64,000 bases of DNA, taken from the NCBI RefSeq assembly GCF_009914755.1, contig NC_060925.1. The stretch is one strand, 5' to 3'. A program made the translations under genes and the position numbers. This document shows positions 44,344 to 57,958 of this stretch, piece by piece (within the stretch, counting starts at the first letter, position 1; every line of letters starts with the position of its first letter). The notes under the pieces were generated by a model. It was not told the DNA's origin, searched no databases, and saw nothing but the letters and a program-made list of their open reading frames with translations. This DNA is from the human T2T-CHM13v2.0 reference genome, Homo sapiens.

Positions 44344-45894
44344 TTCTGAAGTACAGCATAATGCGTTCAGCACTTTCTTTTATAAAGCCTATCATCACAT
44401 TCTCAAAAGACACTTATTGACTCTGGAATCAAATATTAATGAATTTGGGAATTACATGCAAGCACTATCATTTTATAATCACTAAAACATATTTTCTGAT
44501 AACTATGGATACACGAATAATTTGTCCTGGGATAATATAATCATGTTTCATTATAAATGGTATTATATAACTTATAATTGGTTATACAGTAACTATTGCT
44601 TTGATGTGAAAAAGTGAGTATGTTTTCCTTTTCCTAACTGGTGCTTCCTTAGTCTACTCAGTTCTGAAAGACTTTCCATACTTTAAAGGAAAAAAGAGAA
44701 GGCAAATCTACTTCTAGAAAGAACTTATTACTACATCTGTGACATGTAAGTATGTTCTGGTGAAGAGACAACAGTAAGGGCTTGTAGAAACAACCACTTT
44801 CATACAGTTTAATATTTAATATTAACAACATCCTAGTCTGCTCCTTGAAAGGAGGATGCTGCTTTACATTCCTTTGACTTCCCCACCAAGTCTCCAACAG
44901 CCTGAATTGTAAGAGGTCCCGTACATCATGGATGCTTCAAGGGCAAGGTCTGTTAATTATTCCTCAGTAGCCCCAGCAGTTAGAAGAATACCAGTTGCAT
45001 AGTAGGTACTTAAGAAATGTTGACAGACCTGGACACAAACCTCATGAATAGTACATGCATAATGGATATTTAATGATTTACTCTGAAAGACATCCTAGTT
45101 CTTTTGAATATACAAGTTGCTTTTTCTCAGCAAGTTCATCCCTTGCTATAAAATAAAAGATGGGCTAGTGTAGGTGTTTGTATATTAAGGCAGATAACTT
45201 CAAAAGTGTCCAACTGGCCTTATGCTACTAAGTTTGCCCACGTCTATGATACAGGAATTTTAATAAAAATGTTTTAACACTAAAACAAGTTTTATTGTGT
45301 ACTTTTTAATAATTTAGATATGACTTTGTACACATAAAATATATTTTTAAAATATGCACATCATCATTGTTACTTGTAATATAAGCTATAGGTTTAATGA
45401 GAATAGAATGGTGGGAGACAAATTTTACTCTGTTATGGCTGTAAGAAGGAGCTTTATAACCCAGTACTAGGACTTCTGAGGCTTAAATCGACTTGTATAT
45501 TGCCCCTAAAAATGTTTCTACTAATTTCTACTCCTAAAGTATATTAATTTAGATATTATCTTTGTTTTTTCATCAGCTCTGAGAATTGTATCCAAAAACA
45601 TACGAGGGAATTAACTGCATCCATTCAGTGACAACTGCACCATTACAAAGAAAGGATAGGCATAAAACTCAATGACCAAAAAGCTATGAAGCAGTTCCCT
45701 CCTTCTCTCACTGACTGGTAACCCAAACACCCAGGAAAAAACAATTGCAGAATATAGGATATGTGACAGGGGTGAAATTGCAACAGCATCATAAGCCCAA
45801 ATGTCTCGATAAAACTAAACTAATTTTTTCCTAATATAATATGAAAGACCACTAATGACAAAACACTTGAGTAATAGAAGTCATTCAGAGACTC

Positions 45895-45933
<39 letters not shown>

Positions 45934-46085
45934 AAAAAAGAAAGAAAGAAAGAAAGAAAGAAAGAAAAAAAGAAAGAAAAAAAGAAAGAAAGAAAGAAAG
46001 AAAAGAGAAGAGAAGAAAGGAAGGGAGAAAGGGAGGCAAAAAAGGGGAAATAATAAGAGAAAAAAAAGAACAAAAAAAGAAAAAG
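45895..46085. repeat. (GAAA)n / purine-rich tract
   Basis: Uninterrupted purines from 45895 to 46036. Confidence 0.95.
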
Positions 46086-48453
46086 TCCTACTGCTCTGCC
46101 TGTTTTTAATACTGACACCCCATAAACAAATCTGTCCCTGGGATATGATACAGAGGCCTGGAGCCTGTGACCTCCTTTCTGAATCTATCAGGAGACACAG
46201 CCCACACCAAAACACCAGGAGTGTTGCTTCTGCCAAATATCCTTTACTAACTTCAAAGAAAGAACGGGGAAAGAGCTGTAATAATGCTTAACACGAAATA
46301 CTGCCTTTCTGCTTCCTTTCCTTTCCCCATAGACTGAATGAACTGTCATTATAAGACAACATACTGCTGAGTTAATGTAACTTAAAAATTTACAGCAGGT
46401 TGTATGCCTGGAGGCACATTATGGGGCCACCTGTAGGCATCTAATTCCAGTGAAAATAATAAATAATTGTGGAGCATTCCTCAGAGTCTAGAGAGAGTGG
46501 ATAAGAATCGTGTTGCTTGTTCACTCCAACATGGATTCTGTTGTGGAGGAGGATTAGAGAACTGAACTCTCTCCAACAAATGAGTAATCCTTCTCCCCAC
46601 AAAAGAGTCCGCTAAATGCTACACCAGACACCTGGGTGCCAGATCTACACAGCCATTTTTGTGCACTTCTGATAATCCACCTGCAGAAATTGCCACTTGG
46701 CAATTGCTTAATATAGCACGTTGATCCATTTGAGGACTTTTTTTAAACAGTAAAGAAAGCTATTTTGTTTGTCTCTCTGTATGCTGTTTATCTTTTTGAA
46801 ACTCCTCCTCACATTTTGGCAAAGATAGTGACAGTAAGAATATCTGTGATATGCCTCCAATCACTTATTTGGGAGAAATTAGTATGTGTATTTTAGCAAT
46901 GCTCAGCAACCTTGACCTTTTTTTCACTGGAAAGAAAAATAAATTTACTACAGAGCTGCTTTTTTTTTTTAAAAAAAGAAAAAAGAAAGAAAAGGCCAAA
47001 GGATTTGTTATCGTGCTTTTGCCACAAGGTAGGTGGGTTAGTATTTATCCTGTGACTACTCAGAGTATGCATGTTGTTTATTTTAGATAAGATAAAATAT
47101 TCTAAGATAGAGAAATTTTACATATATGTGTGTCTATACATATATAACATGAACTTTTATTAAGCAGGTTTCAAAAGATAGTCTAATTTTTGTTCAGTTG
47201 GGTTATAAATTACTTATAAACTTTACTAATGTAGTCCTCATCTTACAGCCACTGCAAATACGGTTTGGGTTTAAAATCTATGACAACCTTTGATCATAAC
47301 AATCACATGGTTTGGAATTAAGAAAACTAGATTGAAATGATCATGTAAGTAAGTAGTGAAGATTGGATGCTCGGTGGTATTCAGGTTCACATTTCCTTTC
47401 CATTTGTACTACACGAAGGGTTAATAAGGTTTGCATAACCTTATTCTTTGAAGGCTTTTTGGCAGAGGCAGACTATTTAAGGATTGCTGCCAAAACAGAT
47501 TTTAACCCTTTTAATCATACTGTTAATAACCACATTGTGCACGGTACAGAGCATACTGCACATAAGGCAATATCACTCTGAACACAGTTTGACCTGATAC
47601 CCAATCAAGGAAAGGTTCCTAGAGACGCTTGCCATTTTGGTTGCTATGGTGAGTTTCATATTTTGTGGAAACCACTGCTAGATGTCTTAAAATAGAACTT
47701 TGTCAAGAAAAACATTGGTCCAGTGGCATATGCTGGCAGAGCCTACCAAGGTTGCTCAAATTCCCTTCCTTTGTTTTTCACTCTCCCCACTGGGGCAACT
47801 GTTCCAAGCATCAGCCCACTAGTCTGGCAGGCAGAGAATCCAGAAACTTGCTGCTAATTACAATGTTGACAATTCCCAACCTGTTTACTGGCGCCAGCAA
47901 TCAAACCGCATCCTCTCGAGTGAACCAAAAAGCACTTGCTGGCTTTAGCTTCCTGAGGTTCCAAGCTGGCTATATTAATTACTGTTAACTTAAAACTGTA
48001 TGTTGTACAGAAGAAGCTTAATTAGCTGGTATGAGGATTAATATCTATCCTTTACACAATTTAAAACATTTTGTTCTTGGCCAAATTATGTGAATCCATA
48101 AAATATTTTTCTTTGGACAAAATATTGATTATTTTAGGTGTGGCTTCTCAGTGCCAATTTTTCCACTGGATTATTTTCAGTTGAGCAAGACAATAGATTT
48201 TAAAAAGTTAGTCTGTCTGTCTATCTACCTACCTATCTTGGGATTATATCTACAACCTTTTTAAAAAACTTTAGAAAGAGAATGAACATAGTTATTTACA
48301 GTTACTGTTTATAATTAATAAAATAGGAAAACCTATTAAATGGGATTAAATGGTCAAAAGGATATCAACTTTCTATCTTGATGAATTTAAAACAAAGATA
48401 GTTACACCATTTTTCTAGTGAACCCTCAATGCTATGATAGAGGAATGATTTGG

Positions 48454-48799
48454 TAGTCATATGGCACATAATGGTGTATCTATCAATGACAGGCTAGATA
48501 TACAATGGTGATCCCATAAACTTGTAATACTGTATTCCTACTATACCTTTTCTATATTTAGAGTGTTTAGATTCACAAATACTTACCATTGTGTTACAAT
48601 GGGCTACATTATTCAGTATAGTAACATGTGGCTGTACAGGTTTCCAGCCTAAGAGCAGTAAGCTGCCATACAGTCTAGGTGTATAGTAGGCTATACCATA
48701 TAGGTTTCTGTAAGTACATTCTAGGTTGTTCCTACAATGCCAAAATTGCCTAAGGATGTGTTTCTCAGAATGTATCCTTGTTGTTAAGCAACATATGTA
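48454..48799 (+). mobile_element. Tigger3a (TcMar-Tigger)
   Basis: CAAATACTTACCATTGTGTTACAAT..TAGGCTATACCAT..TTTCTCAGAATGTATCC, about 345 bp. Confidence 0.88.
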
Positions 48800-51700
48800 C
48801 GAGGAGCATGCTTCACGATTGATAAGTTGGTTGAACCCACAGTGCAAAATCACCTTCTCAAACCCCTAAATTGTTAGCATTGCAAGTAACCCAGATGTGG
48901 CAGTGGCAGACCACCATGCAATTTTCATAAATAGCACAACAGAAGTGAACAGGGTTCAATTGCAAAATTGAGAATTTTACTTTGATTCTGCCCTAATCCA
49001 AGAGCTGATCTGTCCCTGTTTATTTAACAAGATATCTTTGAACATTTAAAAAGTGAAGTAAAAGTAAATATAATTTTAAATTGTATATTAAAATGTGATT
49101 TTATTTCTGTTATTTGGTATGAGAACATCATGGGGTCACTATTATTTAACAATGTCACTTTAAATTTTTCATTGAATACACTGCATTACAAATGTTTTTG
49201 AATCCAATCTTTTAGTCAACATTTGCATTTGGAAGCTTATTAAACTGAGTTGATTTAATTGTGATTAACATTTCCCTTGTTTTACTGAAATATTTTCAAC
49301 TAGGGTAAAAGGTCAAATTATTCCTTTAATTATGATTCATCTTCTGTTTCTACATTAAGATAGCCTATACCATTTTCCAAGATTTAAAAAATCATTAGTA
49401 CAAGCACACTAGAGACCTTTGGAATCTGTTGATACATTCACATCTATATATACAATATAAGAATTTTTGAAAAGTTTAGATTACTTGGGTAAAATATCAC
49501 TGAATAGTATGAAAAATATAAGAATTATTCTCAGATAATAGGAAGAGTAATGTGAGAAAAACTTCAACATTTAGTGAAGTTTTAGTGTGATGTATTAGAA
49601 AGAAAACACCCAACAAGGACTTAGAAAATGGGTTCCAAATATTATCTGGGTGTCCATGGAGAAGTTATTTGGATTCTCTGTGTTGTGAGGACTTCATATG
49701 GGAAACATGGGAATTGTATTACATACCAAAGAACTAGATCTGAGATAGAAATTTATAATGACAACTAACTATCATATGAGTTTACTATGAGCTTATCAAA
49801 GACTTTTGAAATTTTGTATTCCATGTGGTTATAGGAATGGAAAATAGTCATATTAAAGGCAAACCAATGATCAGGTGGAAATGTTACGTATTTGGAAATA
49901 AAGGCCAAGTTAGACAAGGACAAATGTGTCAATCTTCTCTATCTTTATCATGGTTAACTAACAAATAGATTTCCTCTCTAAAATCTAAATCAATTAAGTG
50001 AATAGGAAAAACTAAACTCTTGGTATCAGTATTTTATATCAGGAAATACTGTCTTAACAAATCCTCCTAGGTTACTTTACTTCTAGAGCATAAATTCAAG
50101 TATCACACATATGTTTTCTAATAGAAAAACTGTTAAAAAGGCTGTCTCTTTTAAGCCATATCCCCCTAGGCTCAATTTTCAGAAGTCTGTCTTTTCAGAC
50201 TGATGTTCTTTCTTTTATTTGAGAAACATCCAGATTTCTTGCCTTTCTCAATTTTCTACAGATAAGCTAGGCTTACTTTATTCAGAGTTTATTGCTATTT
50301 TAATTGATTCAAATTTCTGTATCAGAGCATGACTTTGAAAGCAAGAACTCTGGGATACACTTGTCACTCATACTGTGAAAGAATCCTTCTACACAGATAA
50401 ACTATATACAATCAATATTGAACACTACCCATCACAACAGGGTAAACGGTACCATATAAAGAACAAGACCTCTTCTAATGTTTCCTAAGATTTATATTTT
50501 TTCAAGGTGTACTGGTCCCAGCCACCAGGAATTTCATTATTGTTACTTTAATACATCACCAAAATCTGCACATTCTTCACTCCAGTCCACATCATTAACA
50601 TTGTTACTTGCTATCATTGTCCCTTTTCTCTTGTCAAATTCAATTGTTATCTACACAAATCACCAAATGTAAATGTGAAACCGCCTCAAAAGTTTAATGT
50701 CACTCACTATTTTTAATAAACATAGCATTCACAACTAACAAAAACCTGCTTGTTTGTGATAAAGAATCTCCTTATTTTGACTCTGTTCTAATATATAATA
50801 TTAAAACAATTTCAAAGCTGTTTTATGGACAACTACATCCAACAACAAAAAGGAACATGAGATATTTTAATAAAAGTGTGAATAAATGGCTTCCAAACCT
50901 CACACTCCTACCCCCAGATATATATTTGAAGGCAATTACTTTTGAAAGATTTGTAGAATTTTTATTGAACTTATTCTCAAAGTTTTTATTTTTTAATTAA
51001 TTTTTCCTCCTTAAATCTCTATTCTTTTTATGCTTGCTTCCATTTAGCACACAAATCAGAGTCAAAGTTTTCAATGGACATAATGTTTTATACCCATAAT
51101 TAAACTGAGAATGGATAGTATGTAAACTATCTGAATAAAGCAATAGCTGATAAACCATATTATTTTAATTTTTAGAGGATGGGTGTATTATTTTGTGATC
51201 AAAAAGTCAATTTATATTTACTATAAATTGAACCTCCCAGAGAGTCACACCTTTCAAATAAAATTGTAACTTAGTCTGTTTTCCTAGTAAATAATTTTTT
51301 AAAACTAAAAAACTTACACAGATCTTTAGCTTTGAAAGTATGCCTATCATAGTAATTATTATATTGCACAATGTGCATTTCTATTGATTACTTCTTAAAA
51401 CTTTATAAATTCTTACAAATATTTATACATTTAATATTAAATAAATACATTAGGTAACATTCACATGGACTAAAATTTTCTATTTCAATAGTAGATTGAA
51501 CAGATTCTTGGAGTTTCAAAAAGAATATCAGCTTGAAAGCAATGTTCCCATGGATTTTTCCGTTATTTAAAAGTTATATCAAATAATCAGAGAGAATGTA
51601 TTTTCCTTCTTGGCAAAGAATAACTGCACTATTAGTAAACAATTAAAGAATTAAATTTTATGTTAACATTAAATTAAACAAATATATGCTGTATAACAAT

Positions 51701-52937
51701 CATTTTATATAATAGTGACTTTAAATAATTATGAAAAAATGTAAAATTTATATTCACGTATGCCCCAAAAGGATATCACTGCTTTCACAAAATTCATAAA
51801 TATTTTGAGCACCTACTATGTGCCAAACACTGGACTAGGTATTTTAAAAGATTAACCATTTTAGAAGAATTAAATATCCTCGACAATTATTGGTCCTTTT
51901 AACAGAATGGAAAAAAAAACCAGTAATTTTCATGCCGTTCCAAATATTGTAATTGAATTTAATAGCATAAACATTTACACAAGGAGTAAACATTTTTAGA
52001 GGCCAAGTGTTCATGTTCATTCTTTATCCACTACAATCATATACATCAACTTTGAATGGAGTTGTTTGTGATTTGGCCTCATTAGGCTAAAATGCTTATG
52101 AAGATAGATCTGCGGTTTGAGTAGCTTCAAATTTATTATACAGATGTACATATACGTGTACTCCCATGCTAACACATTAGAATGAATCTGTAAAGCATTC
52201 TTTTGGGGCTTTTTTCCCTACTAAAACTTCAAATAAAAAATGAAGCATGAAAAAGCAACAAATATTTCCATGTGTTTCATGCTTTAAGAATTTAAGTAAA
52301 AATCTTAAGGACCATTTTATTATTTAATACTAAGACAAAATGTTGGTGAATACTTTTTAAAAGCTTCTGTCTTAGTTGTGATATCAGTTGGCCCACCATC
52401 TTTACATGAAATGAAGTGTAGAATTCATACAAAAAAAAAAAAAGGCTTTCTTTGAAATGGAATCCTAAAGAGGTAAAAAGGCCTTAAGCGAATCTAAATC
52501 TAGCCCTTCTCATGGATGAGACAAGTGAAGACCAGGCAAGCTGTGTGATAGGTCCATTGTCATAGTTCACAACAGAATCTGTACTCGAAAACAGATTTTC
52601 TAGTCTTATTCCAAAGTTCTTTCTACCACAGGATATACCTCACTCCTTAAGTATCATGTAATTGAGGGACAAAATGAAATTTGAGATTTCTCCGTGTAAG
52701 AGCCTCAATTCTCAAATTTGCTTTGTCTCAGTAAACACCAAAGCCTATATAAATAACAGTTATGGAAAAAAAAACATGAAACTGGATCCATAAAGTAATC
52801 ATTCTATAACTTTAATTCCTGTGTAGTTATCTGTAAAACAATCCAGGATATTTGGAAGTCTTATCATGATATATTTCTATTACAAAGGAAAAGGTCTTTT
52901 TCTTATATCTGCTTCTGACAGAATAGTAGGCATGACC

Positions 52938-52976
52938 TTCATTCATTCATTCATTCATTCATTCATTCATTCATTC
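52938..52976. repeat. (TTCA)n tetranucleotide repeat
   Basis: Read directly from the sequence. Confidence 0.95.
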
Positions 52977-55900
52977 TTCTTGGAATCCAAAAACTAATGG
53001 ACTATTTGGCAGATATATAAAAAACTATTTTAAATGAGTAATTTTTAGTTTATCTTGAGACTTCTTTGAAACAGTTATTGAAATTGACTACACTAGCTTA
53101 GAGAGACAAAAATAGGCTTCAATTAATACTCACTCATGTATTGAATACAAATTTTAAAAACAAAATTGCAAGAAATATCAACTTTCCAATTAAAATGTAT
53201 CATTTTTATAAAAATAATCTTTTCAGAAAAAGTGTTTCCAAAAAGCACATATTTCATTCAAGTTTACAAATAGACCCTACTTTCAAATTATGCAATTATG
53301 TCACTATTGTAATATAATTTGTCAACTTTTTAAAAAGCATATTATAGTACAAATTTCATTTGAACTGGAAACATAGTATTAATAGATTCCAGCAATATGT
53401 CTTTTTTAGTTTGTAATTTAACTGAATGAGATTCAGTATTGGTTTTAAATTAATAAAGGCAATAACCCTTATTTAAAATCTTTGAACTGCATGTTTTAGA
53501 ACTCGTAGGTTTTTAACATTTGGTTCTAGTTTGATCTACTATATATATATATATTTTCAAATACTATGAGTCTCAAAGGGCTTTTCCACAAATAAAGCAA
53601 ATGAAGTGTTGTCTTTACCCTTGCATATGTATTATAATATTTTAATTGTGTTGGAGATCAGACTGCCTTGCTTAGCTCACATTATTATTAGCCAGGATGT
53701 AACAGAACCCAGAACTCACAAGATACAGTTGGTAATAAATTTTTAAGCTGGTCAACAATACAAACATACAGATACACTGATTTTATTGTTAGGCTGCACT
53801 CAACAAACTCAACTAATTACTGGGTAACAAACACATTTCAAGAAATTTAAAATATTATATCTTTTTAGCTTATGTTTTTTGGATGAACTGCAGTGTTTCC
53901 TCAACTAAAATGTTTATTTTATACAATCATGCAAAATGTTTTCTAGACTTAAATGCAAGACTTGTAAGTCAAGATTTAAAGTATAAGCACTAAGATAAAA
54001 ATCTGAAAACATTTAAAAAACAAATTGTGCTACAAAGCTATTTGCTTAAAATCTACTTACCATTTGTGTATATAGCTGTACAGCTATCAATAACTAAATT
54101 CAATAGCTAAATGATTTAAAAGTCTTTAAATATTCTGATGTCATTATTATATTTTTTCTTCTTACGGAAAATATATCCAAAAGAAATTTACTTTTAAACA
54201 GTAAGTCTCCCATGCAGAATACACTACTTTCCAACACAGTAAGAACATCATTCTGTCATTTCCGTGATACAATGGTAGCTGCACCTGTACATATTGACAA
54301 GATGGTGAACAACTGTGATGGCCTTATGCTGTCTTTCCTTCTATGTCCTTAGCACTTCTCCTCTGTCTTACATAAAACACAAAAATGTTTCCCAATATAC
54401 CCATCATCTCTAATTTTGTTGTCTATTTTTAAATTTGAAAATTTCTCATGACTAATGTGGAATATAATAAGACAAAAATTGATAATAGGGTTTTTGGAAT
54501 ATTCCTTCCATCAAAATGCTACTTCATCGTTGCTTGCCTTTGCTTGGACTTTCACTGGGACCTCTGTTCTGGTTCTAGATTGGCATTGCTTTGACACCAA
54601 GAACCACATCATTCTAGGGCTCACAATGGCCTCAGGGAAAGTTCATGGGGTTGTCATAATGCTCTATGGATCTTTAACCACGAATACCATCACCACTCCC
54701 CACAATTTTATTCAAGCAACAACATCAGAACAGAATTCACAAATACAAAGAATAAAATAAGCAAATTTTCTGAAAAATGCAGTTTCTATCAAGCTACTTA
54801 CTTGGGACTCAGTAGCAAATGACCAATCAAGATGATGTTTCTTATGCTTATTAATGAATATTATAGTATAAAATTGACCATTTATAGACATTATATAAAT
54901 TTAAATGGGCGACCTAAAATATCCCACTTATATATCATAAATTGTATTCATAAATTCTGAGTATTTAAGCAGGATTTATTAAAGTAAAACTAGTGGACAT
55001 AAGTAATTTTCACAATTTGTCTCCCTCCTCCTTTACTGTGCCCTCAGTATTGTCAAATGAACAGCTTAAGCTGAATCCATGTTCCTTTTTTCAGGAAAAA
55101 TTTCTATCACCTTTGTAAAGCAAAAGAAATATTAGAAAAGGCTGCTTACCCTTCTAGTCTTAGGACATCAATTGAAAAGCCATCCAAAAATTATGACTAC
55201 TTAACACTACTTGGATCTAGCATGAAATGCACAAACAAGCATTTTGTACTTCTTTAATCATGGCTATGGACAGTGACAGGGCAAAAGCAGTCATTGACTA
55301 GTGGTGACATAATTTAAAATTACTTTTTCTGGGAATAAAAAAGCTGTCTTTAACAATAAAAATTAACTCCAGTAATTTCAACTTAATAAAGTTTTAATTT
55401 TTCCCACTTTCTTATCTTAAAAGGTGTGATGATGGAACATTTTCACCCCTAACTTAAGTAAGAACCAGTTCAGACTGACACCTAATGGAAACTATTATAG
55501 GAAAATAATTCTGCAAAGGAAAGAAAGCAATGAGATAAGTATTTAAACAACAACAACAAAAATACTTTCAGTTAACTATGAGTAGAGGTTTCCTTTAGAT
55601 TTCATCACTAGCATTTGCAATTATTCCATTCTCAACATTATTCTTCCTCTATGAAGCAACTGCAATAAATTTGCACAAAACTGAATAGAATAGCTTATTT
55701 TTCAAAAGTTCTTCCTCATCTCCTCAACAAATGCCAGAGTGTTACATCTTCTGTTTCTCACAAACTCTGTCACCAGGACTTCAGCTCTCTTTCTTCCTTT
55801 CAAATCCTAAACACTTATTATTTAGCCAACCAGCATGAGGCCAACTTTCCAGAGACCACCTAGGAACTAGAGTATGTAGCTTCTACTTTTCTAATTTCCC

Positions 55901-57012
55901 AAGGAAACAATGCCACCAGTAGACATATTGCATTTTGTTAAATACATAACAAGCATAATATTTAAAAGCCCTAAATCACCAACTGGTAGATCCCTAGAGA
56001 AAAAAGGTAATTCATGGAATAATGAAGGAAAGAACAGGAGTTACATATTCTCTTGCTGGTGATAGAATGTCGAATGCAAAGACAGCATCTGTGTTTTCTT
56101 TCCTACTTCAACTCATTCTTAAAATGGACTCGCCCCCGGGAGCTTCTGAGAAGGGCTCCACCCGTTCCCTGCAGACGACAATGTTCTTTGAGCGCAAAAG
56201 CTGTGAGTATAGATACCCTGGGAGTAATTGTGGGATCAGACACAATGGGGTGGGATTAGGGGTAGGCAGAGGGTGTGTGTGGAGTACCCTTCACTGGGAA
56301 TCCTAAATATTAGAAGAAAGGCGAAACCCTAGGTGGGGAAGCATGAGAGTGTGCCTGCTTCCTTCAAGACACCTCGGTGTCAGCCTCTCCAGGGTTCAGA
56401 CTGCTCTTGTGGGCAAGAGCCCAGTGGGGCACACGCACTTCGTGCCTGAGAAAGGCCCATCCTCCAGGGGGAGAAGGTATCTGAGATGTAGCTCAGCTTA
56501 GAGCGGTCCCAGAGCGACAAGAGGGAGAGCTTCACAGGCCTCTAAGTTTATTTGATTTTTCTCCTGCAGTTTCCATTTCTCAGGAATTCAGTCTTCGTGC
56601 GTAGCCCGTGCACAACCAACGACCACCACGCAGGGAGGAAACCTGGTCTTAGTGTTTGGCCGCGCTAGTGGAATCTTCTGGGCGCCTGGTACGTTCTTGT
56701 CCCCAGCACTCTGTCCTTCCACCTTTGAAGCGCCTTGATAGGACGGTCCCAGATGCCTCACAAGAAGGAAAGGCAAGGTGCAAAGCTGGCAAAGCTGTGT
56801 GGTCCGACGCTGGCGAGAGCTGAGACCTGGAGCCCCAGCCCACGCCTTCCACTCTGGGTCATCCTTCCCAGCTTCATCTTGGGCATGCCAACTCCTGCCA
56901 CGTCCGATTGTCCCCAGGAGTGCCCAGGCATGCTTGAGGGGTGTGGTGGCGGTGGCTTCCTCTTCGCTAGGAGGTGACAAATCCGTGTTGTTTTATCGTC
57001 CATTAATATTTG

Positions 57013-57040
57013 AAACAAACAAACAAACAAACAAACAAAA
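57013..57040. repeat. (AAAC)n repeat just 3' of pre-miR-2682 on the transcript
   Basis: Read directly from the sequence. Confidence 0.9.
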
Positions 57041-57130
57041 ACTCTAAGTAGAAGGAGGGAGAGGCTCTCTCTTGCTCCCACGCCTTCGCAGCTGACCTGA
57101 GAGGGGGGACGTGCCTTGCGTTTGTTGGTG

Positions 57131-57240
57131 TTTGAGACTCGTCCTAAAGGCAGAGGCAGGGAAGACAGCGCTGAAGAGGCGTCCCAAAGAGATTGGACGT
57201 CTGAACAGTCACTGCCTGCCCCAACCTCTTTCAGGAAGGT
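57131..57240 (-). ncRNA. MIR2682: pre-miR-2682 hairpin (110 nt); 5p 57196-57218, 3p 57160-57181
   Basis: Minus strand carries CAGGCAGUGACUGUUCAGACGUC and CGCCUCUUCAGCGCUGUCUUCC on complementary arms, about 720 bp downstream of pre-miR-137. Confidence 0.95.
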
Positions 57241-57958
57241 TCCAGGTCTGTGCCACACTGCAACCAATCCGGTTCCCATCCTGTTTCTCCACCCCTTCTC
57301 GGAGAATCCGAAAAGAAAATATGCGTTCCTGAGAGACCCGCCACACTTCCGATCTGGAAGTTCCGCGGGGACCCAGCCCCCGGGCCCCCGCCCCCTCCCC
57401 ATCTCGGCCGCCAAGTCTGGTTGCGGAGCAGCGCGGCCGGCCGGGGGTGGGGCTCCGGCACCGCCCCGGGCTCGGGATTCGCGAAGTCACGCGCTTCCGC
57501 AGGCTTGCGGGGGCACCTTCGCCCACGGACACGCCCTTTCTGCGGAGGCAGCCCCCAGCGACCCTCTGCCCAGCTTCGGCGCCTCACTCGCGACGCTCCC
57601 AAACTGCTCAAGGCCTTTCAGTCGTTCCCAACTTTAGAAAATCGCCCCGTCCGCGTCTCTCCCTCCAGCCGCACCCCACCGTGGAGAGGAGAGGAGCGGA
57701 CTGGGAACGCCGAACCGCCCCGCAGGCTCGGGGAAACGGACCCCCTTCCGCTCCCCGCCCATCCCCTTCACCTCGCCCCCCGCCCCCTGCGCGAACCCAT
57801 TTTCCAGTCCTGGTCACCAGAGGCGCAGCGCACAGCCTTTCCGGTGGAACCAGTGCGAAAACACCCGAGGAAATGAAAAGAACAAGAAAGTGCTACCTTG
57901 GCAACCACGGGCGTTTAGTGGCCAGCTGGTGGGCTGGGGAGGGCGGCCGCTGCCCCCC

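Noticed and set aside
45820-46236. Lys/Glu/Arg-rich and Phe/Leu/Ser-rich ORFs
   Set aside because: Translations of the (GAAA)n repeat.
46305-46400. Strong plus-strand acceptor at 46330 with a weak donor near 46398
   Set aside because: No partner exons or open frame; cannot be supported without RNA data.
44658-52230. Further exon-like minus-strand blocks near 44.7-44.9, 47.4-47.6 and 52.0-52.2 kb
   Set aside because: Translations show no recognisable motif, so they were not added to the fossil-gene hypothesis.
57811-57830. CTCF-like TGGTCACCAGAGGCGC
   Set aside because: Mismatches in the essential GGC core positions.
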